Source: a virus
Lineage: Duplodnaviria; Caudoviricetes
IMG/VR virus record: IMGVR_UViG_2974692648_000001
Coordinates: 1-64,000 of that record
DNA: 64,000 bases
Direction: 5' to 3' (one strand)
Position 1 is the first letter of the stretch. Each line of letters begins with the position of its first letter. The notes beneath the pieces were generated by a model. That model was not told the DNA's origin, made no database searches, and saw nothing but the letters and a program-made list of their open reading frames with translations. Shown in pieces: positions 47,884 to 55,854 of this stretch. The position numbers were made by a program, and so were the translations under genes.

Positions 47884-49143
47884 ATGTCTCTTCGAATCAA
47901 AGAAATGTTAGCGCTTCAAGCGGGAATGGAAACCCTAGGTACGCCGACTCCAGTTGAAATGACTGCGGAAGAAGCTCACGAGCTAGCTAACGAAATCGCA
48001 CACAAGCAGATGGAAGCAGAGATCAATGAAAACTCGAAAGAGATCAATGAGATCGCTGAAGTCGTTGAAGATGTTCAAGACGAAGTTGAAGAACTGGAAG
48101 AAGTAGTAGAAGGTCTAGAAGCGCTTGCTAAACTACCTGAACTAAACCGTCCTACTATCAACGTTCTTTACCGCCGTGCACAACGTCTGAACGCCGGTCT
48201 TGGTGGTAATGAACCTGAGCAAGTTGCAGGTAACGAAAGCCTTAGCGATGACGCGTACCGTGCGGCTGTTGTTACAGGCTGTGAAGGTTTCATGGAAACC
48301 ATGAAGAAAGCTTACGAGTCAACTTCATCTTTCATCAAGAACATTTTCTATGCGCTAGTTGACGCAGTGAAGAAACTCTTCAGTTTTGCAACGGATCAAT
48401 CTGAAAAAGCCAAGAAACTTAAAGCCGAAGTGGATGGTAAAGAACTTCGCACACCAATCAAACTAGGTGGTTGGAACCGTTGGTTCAATGGTAAGGTCGA
48501 TAGCATGGATAAGGTAATCGCTGATGTCAGTGGTGTTATCCCTGAGTTTGGTAACTTACTAAAAGAAATGACAGACGTCACATCTGTTTCGGCTGAAGAT
48601 AACGATAAACTACTTGGTAAAGTAACGAGTCTAGCAGACAAATTCGAAGCAGCTATCAAGAAGTCTGGCTCCCCTTGGACTGCTGGTAAGGGTCGTACTA
48701 CAAACGGTACTAACTTCGTTCAGTGGATTGTACCTAATAAAGATGACTTCAAAGGCGAGACTGTTGATAAAGCAATCGCAGCGTTCCAATTTAACGTGGA
48801 AGCAGGTTCTCACATGAACACCCTTGAAGGCACTAAGTTATCAGGTGAAGCTCCCGCTATGTTCTCTAAATCTGACGTAGGTGGCATTCTTGATACAGTG
48901 ACTAAGAACGCTGAAACTATCAAGAAAATGAAAGCTGACGTCGACGGTCTTAAGTCTACTGTTGATGAAGTGATCAACAAGCTTAAGAAAGGTCCTAAAG
49001 GTGATGACGACAAAGCAGCGAAAGTTCGCATTGCTGCACTAAAACGTTTCATCGGTAAATACAGTCAGCTAGTTAACAACTACTGTCGTATCGTTTCTAA
49101 TATCGACAACGGCAAGCTAGCAGCAGTTAAAGCTCACTTCTAA
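47884..49143 (+). CDS. Internal head protein, paralogue 1 (phiKZ gp93-97-type family)
   Basis: E-rich propeptide with AGMET, EGLEA, AGNES, TGCEG. IKLGGW and C-terminal KLAAVKAHF are shared with neighbours. Confidence 0.78.
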   Translation: MSLRIKEMLALQAGMETLGTPTPVEMTAEEAHELANEIAHKQMEAEINENSKEINEIAEVVEDVQDEVEELEEVVEGLEALAKLPELNRPTINVLYRRAQRLNAGLGGNEPEQVAGNESLSDDAYRAAVVTGCEGFMETMKKAYESTSSFIKNIFYALVDAVKKLFSFATDQSEKAKKLKAEVDGKELRTPIKLGGWNRWFNGKVDSMDKVIADVSGVIPEFGNLLKEMTDVTSVSAEDNDKLLGKVTSLADKFEAAIKKSGSPWTAGKGRTTNGTNFVQWIVPNKDDFKGETVDKAIAAFQFNVEAGSHMNTLEGTKLSGEAPAMFSKSDVGGILDTVTKNAETIKKMKADVDGLKSTVDEVINKLKKGPKGDDDKAAKVRIAALKRFIGKYSQLVNNYCRIVSNIDNGKLAAVKAHF

Positions 49144-49153
49144 TCTCTTCTAT

Positions 49154-49190
49154 TAAACTGTGGTTCCTAGAACCACAGTTTATTTTTTAT
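49154..49190 (+). terminator. Rho-independent terminator
   Basis: taaactgtggttc-cta-gaaccacagttta then tttttt. Confidence 0.8.
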
Positions 49191-49214
49191 TTGTAAAGTC
49201 ATTAAGGTTTGATA

Positions 49215-50384
49215 ATGAAATTTGATAAGGCGGCTCGCCTAAGAGCACAAGTAATGGGTACTGAAGCACTGGACATGACTAAAGAAGAGATTGTCGATCT
49301 GGTTGAAGAAGTGGCGGAACAAACCGTTGAAAACGAAACTAAAGAAATCGTAAAAGACATCGAAGAGATGGGAGAGCGCGCGATAGTTGAAGATGAACTT
49401 CGTCAAGAACTCTCAGAGCACGTTGAAGGTTTGGAGTTCCTTAAACAACACCCGAACCCTCAAGCTATGGTCTTACTCTACAATCTTGCGGACCGCATTC
49501 ATGTTAAGTTAGGCGGGACATCTACCCAACCTCGAGCAGGAATGGAGTCAGTGGACGCTCGCACTTTAGAAGCCCACATGATCGTTGGATGTGAATCATT
49601 CATGGACACCTTAAAGAAAGGTGCGGATGATACTTGGAAATTTTTAAAGGCTTTGTGGGAGCGTCTGGTTGCTTTCTTTATTGAGAAGACTAACTCAGCT
49701 AAACGACTAAGCACTCGCATGGATAAATTGGTTAGAAAGCTAGAGGCTGACGAAACTGAAATCAAAGAAGAAGTTAAATACGGTTCGTGGACAGGTTACA
49801 TGACTATGTTCTCTAATGGTCGCACCACTCCTATTCAAGAAATCAGTAAAAGGCTGGTTTCTTCCATCGTCCCAAAAGAAACAGAGGACGGTCTAGTCGC
49901 AAACGCCAAACACATTCATGATACTCTTACGAGTTTCACTTCTAAACTGTCCGAAACCACCAAGACTGAAAAAGGTAAGATGGTTCGTGTCTTCTCTAAA
50001 GAAGGTTTGGATTTGGAGTACCTAAGCGCAAGACCAGAGACCGTAAAGGAAGCCCTGGAATTCTACCGTAGCTTCCGAAAACACGACTTCAAAGTGGACT
50101 ACGCTTCTAACCAAGAAACGTTCCGCCCGGCCATGCCAAAATCAGGTTTCTTATCGCTAGCCAAACATGTTAAAAGCATCACTGAAGAGGTTTTCGAGCA
50201 AGAGTCTATTGCTAAAAAAGGTGAACGTGAAGTTGCTAAGACTTCAAAAGACCTAGAACCTAACATACGTGATCTTTTGCGAGCACAGTCAAGATTTGTG
50301 ACAACCATTCTGACTTACGTTACCGGTCAGCGTTTAAAATACGCCAAAGCGGCGGCGGACTACATTTCCGCTTGCATTAAGTAA
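49215..50384 (+). CDS. Internal head protein, paralogue 2
   Basis: MGTEA, EGLEF, AGMES, VGCES, VKYGSW. Start ATG 49215. Confidence 0.75.
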   Translation: MKFDKAARLRAQVMGTEALDMTKEEIVDLVEEVAEQTVENETKEIVKDIEEMGERAIVEDELRQELSEHVEGLEFLKQHPNPQAMVLLYNLADRIHVKLGGTSTQPRAGMESVDARTLEAHMIVGCESFMDTLKKGADDTWKFLKALWERLVAFFIEKTNSAKRLSTRMDKLVRKLEADETEIKEEVKYGSWTGYMTMFSNGRTTPIQEISKRLVSSIVPKETEDGLVANAKHIHDTLTSFTSKLSETTKTEKGKMVRVFSKEGLDLEYLSARPETVKEALEFYRSFRKHDFKVDYASNQETFRPAMPKSGFLSLAKHVKSITEEVFEQESIAKKGEREVAKTSKDLEPNIRDLLRAQSRFVTTILTYVTGQRLKYAKAAADYISACIK

Positions 50385-50490
50385 GTGTACTCTAAGGTAG
50401 GTGTTCTCACCTACCTTATCTTAGGATGTTTACGAATGTTCTAAGATAAGGTCAGACGTGATCTTAGTAAACTTCATGAAGGAAACTATA

Positions 50491-51759
50491 ATGAACACAC
50501 GTTTTAAATTAGCAGCTCTGGCTGGACTAGAATCCATGTCTGCTGAGGAGATGACCACTGATCTCCAAAACCACATCATTGAAAACGTCTTTACTGGTGA
50601 CTCTGAATTAACTCCAGATGAAGCAGTCGTTGGACAAAAAATTAATCAAGCATTAGCTGAAGCAACCAGTGATGTTGAAGAGTCTTCTAAACTCGCTGAA
50701 ACTTACATCGAGCAAGAAGAAAAGCAAGAACAAGCGTTAACCGACCTAGGTGAAGCTGTGGCGGGTGTTGAAGCTTTATTCGAAGGTGAGTTCTCTCAAA
50801 CTGCTTATAACCACCTCATGCGTCATGCAGAGCGTTGTGCAAAACGTGCGGGCGTTGAGTTGCCGGTTAAGCTCGATGGTATGGAATCGATGACTACAGC
50901 GTCGATCTACCTCGAGACTCGTAATGGTCTAGAAGGTTTCATGGATTCTGTGAAAGAAGCCAGTACCAAAGCCAAGGATGTGGTTATCTCTGTCTTCCGT
51001 TACCTGATGGAGTTGGTAACAGGTTGGATTGGTCAGTTCAGTAGCCTGTCAGAAAAAATCAAACACGCTATCGTTAAAGCTGATAAAGCAACTGATCTTA
51101 AAGATGAGATTAAGTTGGGTAAATGGGACCGTTGGTTAGACGTTGCTAACAAACCGGTTTTTGATACGGTGTCGTTATTCCGTCTGTTGGGTGTGGCATT
51201 AAATGTTGCACCTGTCTCACTTGTTGATGTTGTAATGGAACAAGACCCTAACGCTAAAACCATCGACCTAGGCAGTGTTAAAGCGTTAACTGAGGCAATC
51301 ACTCAATTACCTATGAAGAAGCTTAGTCCTGATGCATCTAAACAGATCGAATCTTACCAGTTTGATATTGCTAACGTCAAAGTGACTTACACAGTCCCTC
51401 ATGCTCAGAATGAATCGTTAGATGTCTTCAAAGCCTTTGGTATGTACTCTGAACAAAATGCCGACGGTAAAGAAACTACGACTAAAGCGATTTACAAAGA
51501 TCCTCGTAATTTGGTCACCGAATTACGCTCCCTTCTTAAGTTTGTTGAAAACACCAAAAACAATTTCGAGAAAATGCATTCCGGCCTACGCAGTGAACGT
51601 GACCGTTTAATCGGTGTCATTAACTCGGGCACAGGTGGTATGAACAAAACTAAGTTAACGAGTGCACTTTCTACGAAGCGTAAAATCATCACTCATACAG
51701 AGCGTTTAATTTTCAATTTAGTTGAAGCTAAGTGTGATTTATTGAAAGCGCATATCTAA
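50491..51759 (+). CDS. Internal head protein, paralogue 3
   Basis: AGLES, AGVEA, DGMES, NGLEG, IKLGKW, C-terminal LLKAHI. Start moved to ATG 50491 (AAGGA). Confidence 0.78.
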   Translation: MNTRFKLAALAGLESMSAEEMTTDLQNHIIENVFTGDSELTPDEAVVGQKINQALAEATSDVEESSKLAETYIEQEEKQEQALTDLGEAVAGVEALFEGEFSQTAYNHLMRHAERCAKRAGVELPVKLDGMESMTTASIYLETRNGLEGFMDSVKEASTKAKDVVISVFRYLMELVTGWIGQFSSLSEKIKHAIVKADKATDLKDEIKLGKWDRWLDVANKPVFDTVSLFRLLGVALNVAPVSLVDVVMEQDPNAKTIDLGSVKALTEAITQLPMKKLSPDASKQIESYQFDIANVKVTYTVPHAQNESLDVFKAFGMYSEQNADGKETTTKAIYKDPRNLVTELRSLLKFVENTKNNFEKMHSGLRSERDRLIGVINSGTGGMNKTKLTSALSTKRKIITHTERLIFNLVEAKCDLLKAHI

Positions 51760-51809
51760 GTATTGTATGTGAGCTCGTCTCTTCTAACGTGGTATTGCCG
51801 TAATTATAT

Positions 51810-51927
51810 GTAGAATACTATAGTACTGTAGTGCTACACCTTTCGGGATTGCATGCTGCGGTCCCGTTTAGAAAATTTAATTAAATCTTCTAGTCAAAAC
51901 GACTAAATATATTAAAGGAACATTGTT
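51810..51927 (+). promoter_or_regulatory. Structured 5' leader after a late TATG motif
   Basis: TATG at 51807-51810, then tandem hairpins (51810-51837, 51844-51866, 51869-51892, 51891-51905), several with G-U pairs. Confidence 0.5.
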
Positions 51928-53166
51928 ATGTCTCACATTCGTAATATGCTTATGTCTCAAGTAGCTGGCATGGAATCTCTTAGCGCAGCTGACGCGTCAC
52001 AGGTTGAAGAAATCGCTGAAAAGACAGCAGAAGAAGTTGCTGAACTGGTCGCGGACAAAGCAGCGGAAGAAGTAAAAGAAGAAGTCAACGATCTAGCTGA
52101 CGAAGTTGAAGAAGTGTCTGAAGCGGTTGAAGAAATCGAAGAAGACGTTGAAGAACTAGAAGAGTGCGTTGAAGGTCTTGAATCTCTACTTCAAGCTGGT
52201 GCTTACAACGCAGCAGCGTTCGGTATCCTTTACCACCGTGCTGAAAAGCTTCACACTAAACTTGGTGGCGCAGACACTGGTGCGGTAGTTGGTGCTGAAG
52301 CTCTAGGCGATGCAACGTCAGCAGGTCTTGCAGCTCGTTCAGGTCTTGAAGGCTTCGCAGAAACAATGAAGCAATACAAAGACTCAGCAGTTAAGTTCAT
52401 CATGAGTATGTACGAAGCAGCTAAGAACTTTGTTAAAGGTCTACTCGACAAATCTGTAGCGATCAACAACCAAGTTAAAGCGACTCGTGCTCGTCTACAG
52501 AAAGCAGACGAACTGAAGAAAGACGTGAAACCTGGCAAGTGGGCTTCTCTAGCTAAGATTCACGATACTTCTAAGATCGAACGCCTAATCACTTCAGCTG
52601 ACGCAGTAGTGAGTGCGGCTCAGAAACTGTCTACTAACGACGTTGCTGGCTACGCTTCAGCTTACGGTAACCTTAAGTCAGCAGTTGAAGGTCTAGCTTC
52701 TACAGGCGATTCTACTAAAGCTAAATCTGGTGACAAAGAAACTCACCAAATCAAAGTTGGCGCAGTGATGATTACTGCTAGCGTTTACACTGGCGATATC
52801 AAAGAACAAGCTGACGTATCTAAAGCAGCTAAAGCTACATCACTAAGCTTCTCTGCTGATAAATCTGGTGACGTTAAGTTTGAAGCTCTAGACAAGTCTA
52901 AAGCAGGCAACTACCTAACTGATGCTGAGAAAGCGGCTAAACGTCTATCAGAACTTAAAGAATCTAAGTCTGGTAACGAGAAAGGTCGTGACGAGCTAGT
53001 TGCGGCTATTAAGAAACTTGACGGTAAAGAAGAAGAGTGGGTGAAACCTGCGATCTCTGCTGTTAAAGCTTCTACAGCGATGACTAACAAGATCTTCACA
53101 GTTGGTGCTCGCATCCTAGGTAACGTAGCTGACGCTAAACTAGCAGCAGTTAAAGCTTACCTATAA
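51928..53166 (+). CDS. Internal head protein, paralogue 4 (probably the most abundant)
   Basis: AGMES, EGLES, VGAEA, SGLEG, VKPGKW, KLAAVKAYL. Extreme codon bias. Confidence 0.8.
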   Translation: MSHIRNMLMSQVAGMESLSAADASQVEEIAEKTAEEVAELVADKAAEEVKEEVNDLADEVEEVSEAVEEIEEDVEELEECVEGLESLLQAGAYNAAAFGILYHRAEKLHTKLGGADTGAVVGAEALGDATSAGLAARSGLEGFAETMKQYKDSAVKFIMSMYEAAKNFVKGLLDKSVAINNQVKATRARLQKADELKKDVKPGKWASLAKIHDTSKIERLITSADAVVSAAQKLSTNDVAGYASAYGNLKSAVEGLASTGDSTKAKSGDKETHQIKVGAVMITASVYTGDIKEQADVSKAAKATSLSFSADKSGDVKFEALDKSKAGNYLTDAEKAAKRLSELKESKSGNEKGRDELVAAIKKLDGKEEEWVKPAISAVKASTAMTNKIFTVGARILGNVADAKLAAVKAYL

Positions 53167-53194
53167 TCCAACTCCCGAGTGGGTTAGATACTGA

Positions 53195-53230
53195 TAATCG
53201 GGGAGGGCTTAGGCTCTCCCCGATTACTTC
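53195..53230 (+). terminator. Terminator-like hairpin
   Basis: taatcggggagggc-TTAG-gctctccccgatta. Confidence 0.75.
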
Positions 53231-53259
53231 ACGTTCCCCTTAATTTAGAGGTTAACATA

Positions 53260-54354
53260 ATGAACAAAACCAGTGAAGCTCCAGCCCAGTTATCCACAGT
53301 CAAATCTAAATATGATGAGACCAAGAGTGGTACGGATGCAGCTTTAAGGGAAGCGGACAAACCGTTGGATCCTAAAGACCAAGGTACTTTAGAACCAGAT
53401 CTTCCAGTAAGTGGGGAGGACCTAGAGAAAAGTCTAAACAAAGTAAAGGCTTTTCATACTTTATCTGGCATGAATAGTTTCGAACTTCCTATGGAAGGTC
53501 TAGAGAACTTCATGGATTCTGTAAAGGCTGGTGTCCAGTGGTTACTTCGTAAAGCCATGGATATATTTAACTGGATTGCAGACTACGTCTTTAACCGAGT
53601 AACTACGCTCCGACGTCGAATCACCAGAATGAAGTATTCCTTCAATGACAACGGAATTAAACTGAAGGACTGTCGTTACCCACGCAGTGTGGTGAGACTC
53701 GCCACGAGACCTAATATTCCAAGTTCTCCGGATTTCGCAGTTAAGTCAGTAGAAGCGGCACAGAAGTTTTATAACTCTATGATGTCTCAACAGACTCAAA
53801 TTGCCAGCTTAACCCGTGCTTTCCCATCGGACGTTACTCGAGCCCAGCTGTTAAACTTCTCTGATTCTTTAGTGACCAGTTACGTGTCAGGCATGGGTGG
53901 TAAGCGTGTAAAGGATAATGTTTACGAAATTGCTTTCCCATCAGGTTTCCAAACTATGAAAGCAGTGAGTAATCCTGCTCGCGGGTTTAATGGATTTACT
54001 TTAACGGAATACTTCCAAACTAAAGTCAATCCAATCATTCCGGAATCGTTTGTTCCTAGTGCGGATACCGTGCAGCGACTCATCCTCAAAATGGATGTGT
54101 GTTTAATGGACGTTGAGAAAGCACATAAGTCACAGCGAAGCTTTGCTAATAACTTTAAACGTTCTATCCAGCCTTTGGCGGACGGCGTAAAGTTATACCC
54201 AGAGAAGTCTAAGGAAGAAATTCTGAAGTACTATCGTTGGTTAGTGAACTATCAACACAAGTCAGTCACTATTCCGCTGAACTATTATCTGAGTGTACTA
54301 TCAGCGGCTGTGGATTTGGTAGGTTCACAGATCCACCCTGCTACTAACAAATAA
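53260..54354 (+). CDS. Putative internal head protein
   Basis: EGLEN-FMDSVK motif shared with the paralogues, GAGG RBS. Confidence 0.7.
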   Translation: MNKTSEAPAQLSTVKSKYDETKSGTDAALREADKPLDPKDQGTLEPDLPVSGEDLEKSLNKVKAFHTLSGMNSFELPMEGLENFMDSVKAGVQWLLRKAMDIFNWIADYVFNRVTTLRRRITRMKYSFNDNGIKLKDCRYPRSVVRLATRPNIPSSPDFAVKSVEAAQKFYNSMMSQQTQIASLTRAFPSDVTRAQLLNFSDSLVTSYVSGMGGKRVKDNVYEIAFPSGFQTMKAVSNPARGFNGFTLTEYFQTKVNPIIPESFVPSADTVQRLILKMDVCLMDVEKAHKSQRSFANNFKRSIQPLADGVKLYPEKSKEEILKYYRWLVNYQHKSVTIPLNYYLSVLSAAVDLVGSQIHPATNK

Positions 54355-54364
54355 GGGATAAGTA

Positions 54365-55783
54365 ATGATTACTCCTTTGAAACACATGTTGTTCCTAGTC
54401 CGTGCTTACCGAGTTGTGGAAAAGGACTCAATGATTAAAGATCACCGTGACGTGATCATGCTGGAAAAGGTTGCTAAAGACCTTGGCATCGATAAAGATG
54501 TCGTTTCTGCTTTCACCATCAATGAACCTTGGGGATTGCTCGGTGCCATTCGTCAGGAACTAATCCAAAAAGTTCATGAACTACACGCTTTCATGGATGG
54601 GGTGGACACTCTGGTCCCTGAGAAGTTCGAAGCTCTGTTGAACGACTTCAACTATCACGACATGCGTGACTACTGCCCAGATGCTAAGTTTGATCACGCA
54701 GGTTTCTTACATCGCATTACTCCAAAGGAACCAAGTGATAACTTGGTGGACTCAGGGATGATGAAACTCCACCTTGCTAACTTCCAGATCAACTTGGAAG
54801 TATTGGAAGAGGAGATCAGCAAAGAGTACTCTAAAGACTTTGATTTGATCGAACGCTGTACTCGTGAGATGATGTTTGTATTTGCCATCTTTGAACACGT
54901 TCAAAGTAAAGGGTTGGATTTATTCTTAGAAGACAAAACGCCTGAAGACATCTGGTACAAAAAGTTCCGCGATGGCGTTAGCGCGATGGACCAAGTCCTT
55001 GACAGTGATCTGTTGGAGTCTCCTGAGTCGATGACTAAAGAACAGCGTGAATCTGTGGATAAAAACATGGAGACGTTGGAAGTGGACGGCATGGAAGGTT
55101 TCTGGAAGGAACTGGATCAATCTCAATCACTTCTCTTACTTAAGTTAACTGGCAATGAAGACTTTAAAGAAGACGTAAAACGCATGGCAGGTAAAGCGGC
55201 AGAAATGTTAACCGCTGCTATGAAGTCTTTGAAGGCTCGTTTTGAAGAACGTAAGAAAGAAGGTTCTAAGGAAGCTGAGACCGTCAAGAAAGCTATCGAT
55301 GAATCTATTGATAAGCTAAAAGGTATGGCGGGTGAACCTGATTCAGGTCATGTTAAGCAATTGCAACAACGTTTAGAGAAAGCTGGGTTTAAAGACCAAG
55401 CAAGTAAACTGAACGGTGTTACGACTTACACTCAGTTGAGTCAAGCATTGTCTACCATCTCAGGTGAATTCGGTTCCATGATTTCAGAGATGAAAGAAGC
55501 GGAAGCCAAACTGCGTGAAGCAGAAGCAAAAGTTAAAGAAGCTTCTACTCCTCCAGCCGGTACAAGTGACGATGCCGATGAGAACACTAAGGGTCAAATT
55601 AAGACTCAAATGTCCGAAGCTCAGAAAACCGCTAAAGAGCTAATGAAAGCAGCGTCTGACTCGATCGGTGAATCCATGAAGTCGATGGCAATGCTACGTG
55701 GGATCAAAGCAACACTTGATCGTGTTACCGAATCCAACAAAGAAAAAGAAAAAGTCGACGGTCAAGAATCGTGGATGCTCTAA
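54365..55783 (+). CDS. Putative head protein with helical K/E/A-rich C-terminal half
   Basis: DGMEG, TGNED and DGQES sites, 472 aa. Confidence 0.65.
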   Translation: MITPLKHMLFLVRAYRVVEKDSMIKDHRDVIMLEKVAKDLGIDKDVVSAFTINEPWGLLGAIRQELIQKVHELHAFMDGVDTLVPEKFEALLNDFNYHDMRDYCPDAKFDHAGFLHRITPKEPSDNLVDSGMMKLHLANFQINLEVLEEEISKEYSKDFDLIERCTREMMFVFAIFEHVQSKGLDLFLEDKTPEDIWYKKFRDGVSAMDQVLDSDLLESPESMTKEQRESVDKNMETLEVDGMEGFWKELDQSQSLLLLKLTGNEDFKEDVKRMAGKAAEMLTAAMKSLKARFEERKKEGSKEAETVKKAIDESIDKLKGMAGEPDSGHVKQLQQRLEKAGFKDQASKLNGVTTYTQLSQALSTISGEFGSMISEMKEAEAKLREAEAKVKEASTPPAGTSDDADENTKGQIKTQMSEAQKTAKELMKAASDSIGESMKSMAMLRGIKATLDRVTESNKEKEKVDGQESWML

Positions 55784-55790
55784 ACTGAAC

Positions 55791-55820
55791 GGGTGGGTCC
55801 TTCGGGATCCACCTCTTTAT
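55791..55820 (+). terminator. Rho-independent terminator
   Basis: gggtgggtcc-TTCG-ggatccacct then cttta. Confidence 0.7.
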
Positions 55821-55831
55821 TCGATTTTATG
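55821..55831 (+). promoter_or_regulatory. Putative late promoter TCGATTTTATG
   Basis: Same 11-mer as 3887-3877 (minus). Lies between a terminator and a structural operon. Confidence 0.5.
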
Positions 55832-55854
55832 ATTATTCACTGAAGGGGGAGTTT

